From: Promethearchaeota archaeon
GTDB lineage: Archaea > Asgardarchaeota > Heimdallarchaeia > Hodarchaeales > Hodarchaeaceae
DNA: 32,000 nucleotides
Direction of reading: 5' to 3'
Assembly (NCBI GenBank): GCA_048938105.1
Contig: JBHLMN010000001.1
Coordinates: forward strand, 237,374-269,373
The translations under genes were made by a program, and so were the position numbers. The notes beneath the pieces were generated by a model, which did not search any database, was not told the DNA's origin, and was given only the letters and a program-made list of their open reading frames with translations. Shown here one piece after another: positions 9,489 through 17,966 of the stretch; the stretch's first letter is position 1; every line of letters begins with the position of its first letter.

Positions 9489-10118
9489 TCAAACAGATTT
9501 TTGGGCTGCAATACCAAGCCATCCTGGAGGATGACAAATTTTTCTGACGCGGAGCTCCTCGTTTTGAAAGAGTAGAATAAAATCTTTGAGAAGGAGGGGA
9601 TTTTCGTAACCAAATATCCATTGTTTTGTCCGTTCTAAATACCATCTATTTAAACGGTACAAAATGTCTGGAGTTGGCACCCAGCAGACTAACCATCCCC
9701 CTGGCCTAACACACTTGGCATGATTATGAAACGCGACTCGTTGAACAGACTTTCTAAAATGTTCGAGCAAACCATGTGAATGTACAAAATCAAATTGCCG
9801 ATTAATTGACAAGTTCAATACATCTTGTTGGATCAATTTCGGAGATATCTTGGCTTCTCTAAAAAGCTTATTTGCAATAGCCAAGGCAAGTTTTGAAGTG
9901 TCAACTAAAGTTGGACTTAGCTTGTATTTTTTAGCAAGACGAAGAGAATTTTGGCCTGAAGAAGATCCTATCTCTAATAAGGTTCCTTGAGGTATTTTCA
10001 ATCCATGTAACAAATAGAGATAATTTCGCCACACAGTGAAGAAATAATGAGCTCGTATGATAGCAGATGATGTATTTTTAGCATAAGAATCCCAATCTGC
10101 AGAAGTAAGTGGCATCAT
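9489..10118 (-). CDS. Class I SAM-dependent methyltransferase
   Basis: LLEIGSSSGQNS (motif I), LVDTS, QQDVLNL, FDFVHSHGLLEHF, VRPGGWLV. Substrate unknown. Confidence 0.7.
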   Translation of the reverse strand: MMPLTSADWDSYAKNTSSAIIRAHYFFTVWRNYLYLLHGLKIPQGTLLEIGSSSGQNSLRLAKKYKLSPTLVDTSKLALAIANKLFREAKISPKLIQQDVLNLSINRQFDFVHSHGLLEHFRKSVQRVAFHNHAKCVRPGGWLVCWVPTPDILYRLNRWYLERTKQWIFGYENPLLLKDFILLFQNEELRVRKICHPPGWLGIAAQKSV

Positions 10119-10201
10119 TATTTCACTTTAATGATAGAAAGTATTAGTAATTGAGAATAATGTTCAAGTCAAATACTAGGTTATCGCTCCTGTTCAAAAT
10201 G

Positions 10202-11515
10202 TTAAAGATTATTAACACTCTTGACACAAAATTGTTTGTACGAAGTTTGGAATAAATCCCTTATTCGGGCAGGCTGAAACCATAAACAGCCCCTATTGAC
10301 TAGGTTTTTAATAAAACCATCGCCAATTACTTTTCTTAAGATATTTAATGCCCCATTCACATCCGCATTAATCAAATAATTCACGCTTTGAAATAACCCA
10401 CGATTACGACGCGTCCCGAGATAATGCTTATGTTTGTTAATGCGTTCTAAATCTAACGCACTACATTTAGAGGTATAAGCTTCATTAACCTCATAGACCT
10501 TAATACCAACTAAATCAGCTTTGTATTTGAGCATTTGTTTGAGTCGATAGAATGGAATAGTAACGAAATTTTGGTTTGTTTTTTTACCTAATTGGATACC
10601 GTCCTTGATATCCTTTAATTCCCCCAGACAAATGTTGCCTATCTTGTAATGCAAACAATAGTCAATGATAAACCGACTAGTTTTATGCAGATAGTCTGTA
10701 ATAGTCATGTTGCGATTCCTGGTAATCTCCTCTAATTTGGCTGTGAATTGCTTGTGTTTTTGTTTGTCTTTAATCGAAGTCAATTGAGCTTTCTGTTTAT
10801 TCCAACCTTGATTGATGGATTTGAGGATACTCCCTGAAATGATGATTGGGGTTTTGTTTTGGTTTTCTACCATTGTAATCAGATTGTTTAATCCAAAATC
10901 AATCCCCAGATAAGCACGAGTGTCTAAAGCGGAATTAACACCAGTAACTTTGTAAATCACTTCAATCTCAAAATATTTTTTCCGAGGCAAAACTCTGATC
11001 TGCTGATAATCAACAAAATTGATTGTTCTTGTGTGATGTTTGGGAATAGGAATTGTGATAGGCTCTTTCAAGTCAGGATATTTGGCTTGGAAGGTTTTCG
11101 ACATAGTTAAGATGATTTTGCTTTTATTGGTGTCGATTTTACTATTTTGATTAGTAAAGATAAGTAAAAAAGGTTCTGCTTTGGGTTTATAACGGGGGGG
11201 ATTCGGTTTCCCCCGATACTTATCAGGATTGTGGTTCCAGTCTCTGATCGCTTTGAAATAGGAACTCCAATTCTTATCAATCACTTTCAAGAGTTGTTGA
11301 GCCGTCTGTGCCTTTAATAACCGGTAATGAATGGAATCAGCCTTCAAAAGCCTGTTCAGCTCTAAATACCTCAACCATTTCTTTGTTAGTTGGAGCTCTT
11401 GGTTGATTAAATAATTGGCTTGATTATAAAGATTCTTGGAAGTATAGCATAGCTGTCTTAACTGGTCTAAGTGGGGATATCGGGGATAATAGCGAAATTT
11501 ATAGGTTAATCTCAT
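10202..11515 (-). CDS. tnpB: TnpB-like RNA-guided endonuclease (IS200/IS605-IS607 OrfB)
   Basis: N-terminal MRLTYKFRYYP...LRQLCYTSKNLYNQA is OrfB-like. RuvC-I is YLGIDFGLNNLIT, RuvC-II is EVNEAYTSKCS, RuvC-III is INADVNGALNILRK. The usual CxxC...CxxC zinc ribbon between RuvC-II and III is reduced to a single Cys. Confidence 0.85.
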   Translation of the reverse strand: MRLTYKFRYYPRYPHLDQLRQLCYTSKNLYNQANYLINQELQLTKKWLRYLELNRLLKADSIHYRLLKAQTAQQLLKVIDKNWSSYFKAIRDWNHNPDKYRGKPNPPRYKPKAEPFLLIFTNQNSKIDTNKSKIILTMSKTFQAKYPDLKEPITIPIPKHHTRTINFVDYQQIRVLPRKKYFEIEVIYKVTGVNSALDTRAYLGIDFGLNNLITMVENQNKTPIIISGSILKSINQGWNKQKAQLTSIKDKQKHKQFTAKLEEITRNRNMTITDYLHKTSRFIIDYCLHYKIGNICLGELKDIKDGIQLGKKTNQNFVTIPFYRLKQMLKYKADLVGIKVYEVNEAYTSKCSALDLERINKHKHYLGTRRNRGLFQSVNYLINADVNGALNILRKVIGDGFIKNLVNRGCLWFQPARIRDLFQTSYKQFCVKSVNNL

Positions 11516-12101
11516 TTTGAAATTCCTTGATCCTTTTTTTGGTAAAGTTTTTTCTTCTTGTTGAATACATTGACATCGTATAGCAGTGTAATAACGAAAT
11601 TATTTCCTGAAAGATTTCCTGCTCTGTGGAAACTGATTCTAACTCATTCAACACAATTAATTCTGCACCAAATTCATGAAAAAAGGCATTAAACAATTCG
11701 AACCCAATTCTACTTAGTCTATCTTTATGGGAGATGATGATTTTCTCAATTTTATAGTTGATCAGTTCTCTTAATAAGCTCATTAACTTCTCCCGTTTGA
11801 ATCGCATGCCTGAGGCAATATCCTCATAGATAGCATTTAAGACTATCCCATTTTGAAAGCAATAGTTTTTAATGAATTGAACTTGATTTTCTAAATCAGG
11901 TTTTTGTTTTTTGGTAGACACTCTGGCATATGCAACCGTTTTTCGAGGTAAATCTTTGTTTAGAAACTTATAGACTGATTTTTCATTATAATCATACCTT
12001 CCATTTGGTAGAGTAGTTACTTCAATTGTGCCTTCTTTCACATACTTTGAGAGAGTCACCCTTGAGATTCTGAGTAAGTTTAACACTTCTTTTGCTTTCA
12101 T
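11499..12101 (-). CDS. tnpA: IS607-type serine recombinase TnpA (MerR-like HTH + resolvase catalytic domain)
   Basis: MKAKEVLNLLRISRVTLSKYVKEG (HTH), then VAYARVSTKKQKPDLENQ (catalytic Ser motif). I place the start at ATG 12101; the track ORF begins 9 codons earlier at 12128. Confidence 0.85.
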   Translation of the reverse strand: MKAKEVLNLLRISRVTLSKYVKEGTIEVTTLPNGRYDYNEKSVYKFLNKDLPRKTVAYARVSTKKQKPDLENQVQFIKNYCFQNGIVLNAIYEDIASGMRFKREKLMSLLRELINYKIEKIIISHKDRLSRIGFELFNAFFHEFGAELIVLNELESVSTEQEIFQEIISLLHCYTMSMYSTRRKNFTKKRIKEFQNEINL

Positions 12102-12238
12102 GATTATTACTATTCTGAAGTAATACATAAATTTTGTTAAATTAATTTAATATTCTTAATTATTTTCTACATTATAAATACTATATTTCTTTCATTGATA
12201 AATAATTAAAATCATATTTATGAGTAACGGGATAAGAT

Positions 12239-12865
12239 ATGAGATCATTACTATTGACTGGTTTTGAACCTTTTGGGGGATATAACGTCAATCCTTCTGA
12301 CATAATTGCACAAGAATTGAATGATACAACAATTTCACATATTAAAATAATTGGAAAAACGATTCCATTAAGATTTGCTGAAATAAAATCCGCAATTACT
12401 CAAGTAATAGACGAAACAAACCCCGAAATTATAATCAATACTGGACAAGCTTCACGTCCTTCGATTTCCATTGAACGAGTCGCCATTAATCTAGCAGATG
12501 CTTCAAAAGTAGCGTATAATTGTGGTACAAAACCGAATGAAAAAACATTGGTAGAAGGAGGGCCAGTGGCATATTTTAGTACTCTACCTATCAAATATAT
12601 AGAAAAATATCTGAAGAAAAACGATATTCCATGCTACATTTCGAATTCGGCGGGAACTTTTGGTTGTAACCAAGTTATGTATCACACCTTGAATTATCTA
12701 GATTCATCTTTCCGGTATAATTCGGTTTTAGCAGGGTTTATTCACTTTCCACTCCTGCCAGAACAGATAGTTAACTCTCCTCAGTCCTCTTCAATGAGTT
12801 TGGATGTTATGAGAAAAGCAATTACCTTGGTTATCAAATGCTTAAAAAATTATGAAAAGAGTTGA
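12239..12865 (+). CDS. pcp: Pyrrolidone-carboxylate (pyroglutamyl) peptidase I
   Basis: LLTGFEPFGGYNVNPS, SNSAGTFGCNQVMY (nucleophile Cys) and GFIHFP (His). 208 aa, the typical length. Confidence 0.9.
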   Translation: MRSLLLTGFEPFGGYNVNPSDIIAQELNDTTISHIKIIGKTIPLRFAEIKSAITQVIDETNPEIIINTGQASRPSISIERVAINLADASKVAYNCGTKPNEKTLVEGGPVAYFSTLPIKYIEKYLKKNDIPCYISNSAGTFGCNQVMYHTLNYLDSSFRYNSVLAGFIHFPLLPEQIVNSPQSSSMSLDVMRKAITLVIKCLKNYEKS

Positions 12866-12877
12866 AGTAACTGAATG

Positions 12878-13996
12878 TTAAGAGCTGCTAGTAATACTCT
12901 GATAAGCCTTATATATAGATTGGGCAAGATCTTCAGATGTAGTGCCAGGACTTTCGCAGTTATTTCTGTTTAAAAATGATTTTATATACAATCCGAGATC
13001 TACTTTGTTCAGATTGACATTACGTAGATGTTGTTCCAATTGGGGAAGAATAAAGTCAGGATAAATCCAGAAGTCACCGCTTATAAGAATGTCAACGAGA
13101 ACTGCCTCCTGAAACTCACAAATCACCTGTATTAAGCCACCAGTTGACTTGTGTGTTCCTTCTACCACATAATTTGACGCACGAATCTTGACTTTATGAA
13201 TTAAGTTTTTTCCTCTACGAGCTACTTGGAATCTCCATTCATCGGTCAGATAGGTAGTTCTCAGTTGTTGCATTAATTCAAGGGTCTCTGGTTCGAGTGT
13301 GGTTGGTGTAAGAGAAATATCCAAGATTGATTCAAGATTATGTGTATATACTTCAATTATCTCATTTCGATTTGGAATATACCCAAGTTCGTCCTGAAAG
13401 GAAGTTATTCCTGCTTCTAAAGATTTATAGACCTTATCACGGAATTTCTCGCTTGGTACTCGCAATATTTGAGTCATACCTCTGCGAGGAAAATCTAAAA
13501 TGAAATTCCCAACTAAAACTTGTGCACTCTCGAGAAGTGCAGCTCCATTTCCTGAAATTTTACGTCCTCTAACCAGGATATCATTAATCGGATGATAATT
13601 TGCCTCAATATTGAAATGACGGTATGTCTTAACAACAGGTTCAAGAAGGCTCGAATATAAAGCATTAATCCGCCGTGGAACTTTTTTTGAGTTTATATGA
13701 GCTATAACATTGTAAAATAACTGGTTTGAGTCCAGTAAAACTGCTCCTCCACCACATACTCGCCGAACGACTGGAATATTGTTTGATTCACAGAATTTCA
13801 TGTCTACAACTTGGTTTAAGGATTGATGGAGTCCACAACAGACAATTGGATCTTTTGGCCAATCAATAATCACAAGGTCGTGTTCTTGAATCCCCCTACT
13901 CCTTGTTAGGGTGGCAGCATGCCATATCGTCTGAGTATTGATGCTATCATTTTCTCCAATGAAAATAAGATCCCATTCATTGTTTTGAGTAGACAT
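12878..13996 (-). CDS. Lipoate-protein ligase A family protein (BPL/LPL catalytic domain)
   Basis: VVRRVCGGGAVLLD and VRGRKISGNGAALL match the LplA motifs RRxSGGGAVxHD and GxKxSGxA. There is an extra C-terminal domain. Confidence 0.65.
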   Translation of the reverse strand: MSTQNNEWDLIFIGENDSINTQTIWHAATLTRSRGIQEHDLVIIDWPKDPIVCCGLHQSLNQVVDMKFCESNNIPVVRRVCGGGAVLLDSNQLFYNVIAHINSKKVPRRINALYSSLLEPVVKTYRHFNIEANYHPINDILVRGRKISGNGAALLESAQVLVGNFILDFPRRGMTQILRVPSEKFRDKVYKSLEAGITSFQDELGYIPNRNEIIEVYTHNLESILDISLTPTTLEPETLELMQQLRTTYLTDEWRFQVARRGKNLIHKVKIRASNYVVEGTHKSTGGLIQVICEFQEAVLVDILISGDFWIYPDFILPQLEQHLRNVNLNKVDLGLYIKSFLNRNNCESPGTTSEDLAQSIYKAYQSITSSS

Positions 13997-14104
13997 AACT
14001 ATTCATTGACTGCAATAATTTATGGACTATTATTAAAATAATGGCATTGAATACGCAAAAAAAAGGTAATATAATGTCTTATTTTCAGTCAAGGAGATAA
14101 CAGA

Positions 14105-15037
14105 TTGCACTCCTCTAGAGTTGTTTTTTTGTCAGGGGGTACTGGAACACCAAAACTATTACAGGGTGCGGTAGAGGTAATTGATGCCGATGATATTGCA
14201 GTAATTGGAAACACTGGGGATGACTGGGATTTCTACGGGTTACATGTATCACCTGACATCGATAGTATATTATTTACATTAGCAAATCTTATAGATACAA
14301 AGAAATGGTGGGGAATAAAGGATGATACTTTCAAATTAATTTTCTTTTTGAAAGAACGATTAAAAGAAGAAATCTGGTTCAATCTTGGCGATTTCGACGC
14401 AGGACTTTGTTTATTGAGAACTCATCTATTAAGAAAAGGAAAAAGCCTAACAGAGGCAATAGAAATTATTAGGAAACGATTAGATATTCAATCTTCTGTA
14501 CTACCAATGGCAGATCAAACTATTCAAACAAAAGTTCGTATATCAAACAAAACAATACATCTACAGGAGTTTTGGGTTAAATATAAGGGAAAATTAGATG
14601 TAAAAAATGTTTTTTTTGAAGGAGACCTGAGAAAAACAACCAATCAGGTTTTAGATGCCATTAAGCAAGCTAGTACTATTATAATAGGTCCAAGTAATCC
14701 TGTTTCCTCGATTGGTCCAATCTTGGCAATACAACCTTTACGTGAAGCTTTACAAAACGCTTCTGGATACCGAGTCGCTATAAGTCCAATTATCGGAACA
14801 AATCCGGTTTCTGGTCCAACATCATCTTTTTTAAGAGCTTGGGGATATAATATTTCCCCTGTAGTAATTGCAGAACTATTTCATGATGTTTTAGATGTCT
14901 TAATGATTCATGATACTGATAAACAATATTTAAATGATATTAAAAAGAAGGATCTCACTCCACTTTTAGAAGACATTTATATTCATTCTAAGAGTGATGC
15001 TGTACGATTATTTAAGCGAATAATGGATCGTAAATGA
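14105..15037 (+). CDS. cofD: 2-phospho-L-lactate transferase (LPPG:FO transferase) CofD
   Basis: VVFLSGGTGTPKLLQG and IIIGPSNPVSSIGPIL are CofD signatures. TTG start preceded by AAGGAG at 8-nt spacing. Confidence 0.85.
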   Translation: MHSSRVVFLSGGTGTPKLLQGAVEVIDADDIAVIGNTGDDWDFYGLHVSPDIDSILFTLANLIDTKKWWGIKDDTFKLIFFLKERLKEEIWFNLGDFDAGLCLLRTHLLRKGKSLTEAIEIIRKRLDIQSSVLPMADQTIQTKVRISNKTIHLQEFWVKYKGKLDVKNVFFEGDLRKTTNQVLDAIKQASTIIIGPSNPVSSIGPILAIQPLREALQNASGYRVAISPIIGTNPVSGPTSSFLRAWGYNISPVVIAELFHDVLDVLMIHDTDKQYLNDIKKKDLTPLLEDIYIHSKSDAVRLFKRIMDRK

Positions 15038-15793
15038 ATGGGGAACTTAAGGAATCCAAGTATATTAGCTGCAATGGCTGGTATAACGGATGGTGATTTT
15101 GCAAGACATTGTTTGCTGAAAGGCGGAGCAGGAATGGTTACTATTGGAGGATATTCTATTGGAAAAGAAATGATAACAGCTTCAAAGCAAGTTACTCAAA
15201 GAGGCAGAAAGGAATTCATTCTACGTGTTGGAAAAGAGGCAAATGATATATTGAGAGAAGCACACATTGTCTCCACTTTGACCAAGCTCATCATCAACCT
15301 AAGGCTCAATAGCTTAAAGGTTACCAGAAATTTTGTTCAAAAATTTGAAGATCTCATCAATATAAGCCCGATAATTGAAATTAATGCCCATTGTCGGCAA
15401 AAAGAAATTTTGCATATAGGAGGAGGTCAAAGTCTTTTACAACGTTTTGATGTCCTTACAAATATTATCAAGATATTCCATTCTAAAGATTTTAAGGTTT
15501 CTTTAAAAGTACGTGGAAATGCTGTACATCCAGATATATTAATCCCTCAAGTGAATCAATGGCAGCTCGACTATTTACACATTGATTCTTATAAAACAGG
15601 AGAGGAAGGAACCGATTTGGAGTTGTTGGAGCTTTATTCTAATGAAATAAATGTTCCTCTTATAGGAAACAATTCAGTGGTAGATAAAGAAAGTGCTCAA
15701 GCTATTTTAGACACAGGGATCCAATATTTCTCAGTTGCAAGAGCAGCAAGAATGAATCCCTCTATCTTTAAAACTCTCGTGAAAAATTATTAG
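15038..15793 (+). CDS. Dus/NifR3-like FMN-binding TIM-barrel protein (archaeal NifR3-related type)
   Basis: ILAAMAGITDGDFARHCL resembles the Dus N-terminal motif (LAPMAGVTDxxFR), and EINAHCRQKEI...GGGQSLL resembles DxNxGCP...GxGxxLL. The ATG directly abuts the cofD stop (TGAATG). Confidence 0.5.
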   Translation: MGNLRNPSILAAMAGITDGDFARHCLLKGGAGMVTIGGYSIGKEMITASKQVTQRGRKEFILRVGKEANDILREAHIVSTLTKLIINLRLNSLKVTRNFVQKFEDLINISPIIEINAHCRQKEILHIGGGQSLLQRFDVLTNIIKIFHSKDFKVSLKVRGNAVHPDILIPQVNQWQLDYLHIDSYKTGEEGTDLELLELYSNEINVPLIGNNSVVDKESAQAILDTGIQYFSVARAARMNPSIFKTLVKNY

Positions 15794-15857
15794 AATTGAT
15801 TTTTTTACTTCCTCTTGAATAAACGAAGGTGTTTAGCTTCTGGAAAAATCTGAGATT

Positions 15858-16508
15858 ATGATACTTATTCCTATTAAAGATTTTTTTGAAACAAAAACAC
15901 GAATAAAGTCAGCTATACCTGCAAGGTTTTCCTCGCTTATAGATAATTTAGTAGAAGTCACATTTTTCCAAACCATTGATATTATAAGATCAACTTCATA
16001 TCTTTTTGGTGTTATTTCTCCTTCGATTTCTATTCTAAACCAAAGTAAGGAATTAGGAGCTATATTTACTTATTGTGACTTGGGTATCGATTTAAATTTA
16101 GCGTTAACAGAAGCTATTCAAGAAATAGCACGAGAACAGCAAATTCTAATCCTTATGCCAGATTTACCATACATATCTCAAGAATTTTTACAACAGTTGG
16201 TTAATGAAACTGTAAATAATGATGTACTGATCGTTCCATCAATTTCAAGTGATGAAAATTCAGGAACCGCTGCATTGTATTTAAAAAAACCTGATTTATT
16301 ATCATTTCAATACGGAAAATATAGTTCCAAACGATTTCAATCAGAAGCTAATTCCAAGAACCTCAAGTGTCATGTAATCAACTTTGATCCTTTTGCTAGA
16401 GATTTAGATACTATAAATGATGTTGAATATTTAAAACAGCATTTGATGTTGGTTTTTGAGCCTAATCGCTTTAGAAAAATATTAGAACAGATAGAGGTAA
16501 TGAAATAG
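15858..16508 (+). CDS. cofC: 2-phospho-L-lactate (or related) guanylyltransferase CofC
   Basis: MILIPIKDFFETKTRI (IPxKxxxxxKxRL), LILMPDLPYIS (ADLPL-like), IVPS...SGTAALYL and DLDTINDV follow the CofC layout. The genomic context with cofD supports the call. Confidence 0.68.
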   Translation: MILIPIKDFFETKTRIKSAIPARFSSLIDNLVEVTFFQTIDIIRSTSYLFGVISPSISILNQSKELGAIFTYCDLGIDLNLALTEAIQEIAREQQILILMPDLPYISQEFLQQLVNETVNNDVLIVPSISSDENSGTAALYLKKPDLLSFQYGKYSSKRFQSEANSKNLKCHVINFDPFARDLDTINDVEYLKQHLMLVFEPNRFRKILEQIEVMK

Positions 16509-16510
16509 CT

Positions 16511-17686
16511 CTAAATAGAGATTTCCTTTAATTCCTTAGATGTAACACGAGTTTTCCCTGCAATATAAGCGAAAATTCCTGTAATAATGATAAAATAGAA
16601 TTTCACTAATTGAACTAATATTGCACCAGCAGCAGATGTATCTGTTCCCAAATTCAATCCCATCTCTAAGAAGACTGTCAAGGTGATCTCCTTCAATCCA
16701 GCCATCCCAGGAATGCCGACAGGGATTGCATCAATTGTTCCTCCAAGAAAATTAATTGCAGCTACCTGATCAAGCAATATTTGAATACCAATAGAGTGTA
16801 GAATTAAATAAATAGAAATCCAATGTGCAACTTGAGAAAAAAAGGCTAATATTAGTGTAACAAAAGACAATAACTTATTTTGAGCTAAATATTTGAACTG
16901 GATACTAAAATCATCAATAATTTTTTCACTTGGCTCTATTGCATCTTTTGCAAATCTTCCAACAAGAGGAAAGGGGTATAGTGCTTTTAAAATAAGTGTT
17001 ACAACTCTTTTTGCCATATTAGGGCTTATTGCAATAAGAATAAAGAAAATTATGACTAAAATAGATAGTAGAGAGATAATTAGTACAAAAATAATTGCCA
17101 CATCATCAGACAAAGGTTGACCTGTTCTATGCTCGATTATATTGCTAAAATATTTTAGCATTGCAAATGCTACAAAGGTTGATATGGGAATGAATGCTAT
17201 CAAACCACAGAGTCTATGAGCTACAACACTAGAAAGTATTTCTCCACTAGTCGCATTGCGATTTTCTCTTTCATTAATGAACGTTTTAGTTCCCAATGCA
17301 ATCCTCATCAGACTTTCAATAGCTCCAGCGCTCGGAATCAGTAATCCATAAGAAAATGAAGCAAGTTGAATACGATAAACTGCTGAAGTAGAAGGTCGAA
17401 TAGAAGAGATTCCTAAGAGTATTTTCCATGCAAGAGTATCAAACAGAATGGCAATAAAAGTAAAAAACGCCCCTGAAACTAAAATAATGAGATCTGCACT
17501 CAACATAATTTCAAGCATTGTGAAAATACTTACATTTCCTAAATACAGATAGATAAATAAAACTATAACAGCGAAACTTAGCAATAATAAAGTTTTCTTA
17601 TCAAATGCTTGTCTTAGAGAGAATTCGGTCTCTTCTACAAATAATTCCGATGAGGGTTCCACAAAATAGACCTCAGATGAGGTCAT
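16511..17686 (-). CDS. Polytopic membrane protein, second UPF0104/LPG-synthase-TM-like paralogue (tentative)
   Basis: 391 aa, highly hydrophobic. DTLAWKILLG...LLIPSAGAIESLMRIALGTK and the C-terminal IPVGIPGMAGLKEITL parallel the motifs of the 790-1809 protein. Confidence 0.5.
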   Translation of the reverse strand: MTSSEVYFVEPSSELFVEETEFSLRQAFDKKTLLLLSFAVIVLFIYLYLGNVSIFTMLEIMLSADLIILVSGAFFTFIAILFDTLAWKILLGISSIRPSTSAVYRIQLASFSYGLLIPSAGAIESLMRIALGTKTFINERENRNATSGEILSSVVAHRLCGLIAFIPISTFVAFAMLKYFSNIIEHRTGQPLSDDVAIIFVLIISLLSILVIIFFILIAISPNMAKRVVTLILKALYPFPLVGRFAKDAIEPSEKIIDDFSIQFKYLAQNKLLSFVTLILAFFSQVAHWISIYLILHSIGIQILLDQVAAINFLGGTIDAIPVGIPGMAGLKEITLTVFLEMGLNLGTDTSAAGAILVQLVKFYFIIITGIFAYIAGKTRVTSKELKEISI

Positions 17687-17756
17687 GAGGCGAGACCTTC
17701 ATATATTCTTTTGCTAAAAAACGATATGTGCCAACCATAACATAAGATGGTCTAAA

Positions 17757-17966
17757 ATGGATATTCCTGAACTGGTCTTCGTTTACTTGGGGCCCATTCT
17801 ATACAATCTTGTTTTCATTTCATTATGGATCCTCTGGTTTATATACCATCGAGATGAAGAAAATCGTGGTGTAAAACGCTTTTTCAGACGATATCTCCAA
17901 AACGATAAATGGTTCTATCCTATTACTGGATTATTAATTGTGGCTTTCCTGTACATACTTCTTTGA
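17757..17966 (+). pseudogene. 69-codon 5' fragment paralogous to the N-terminus of the 19527-20717 membrane protein
   Basis: MDIPELVFVYLGPILYNLVFISLWILWFIYH...FYPITGLLIVAFLYILL aligns by hand with MDISELIFINLGPFLYNLIFILLWILWFLYH...FYPITGCLIVIFLYLLF. An identical 10-mer CATAAGATGG sits exactly 6 nt upstream of both ATGs (17741-17750 and 19511-19520). The frame stops inside the 3' end of the LAGLIDADG gene. It could still be expressed as a two-TM micro-protein. Confidence 0.6.

Larger units (their letters stand above)
10120..12235 (-). mobile_element. IS607-family insertion sequence (tnpA serine recombinase + tnpB); boundaries approximate
   Basis: The two-gene arrangement has a 17-nt tnpA/tnpB overlap, which is typical of IS607. 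This family lacks clear terminal inverted repeats and I could not define the ends. The span given is simply the gap between the flanking methyltransferase and pcp genes. Confidence 0.6.
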
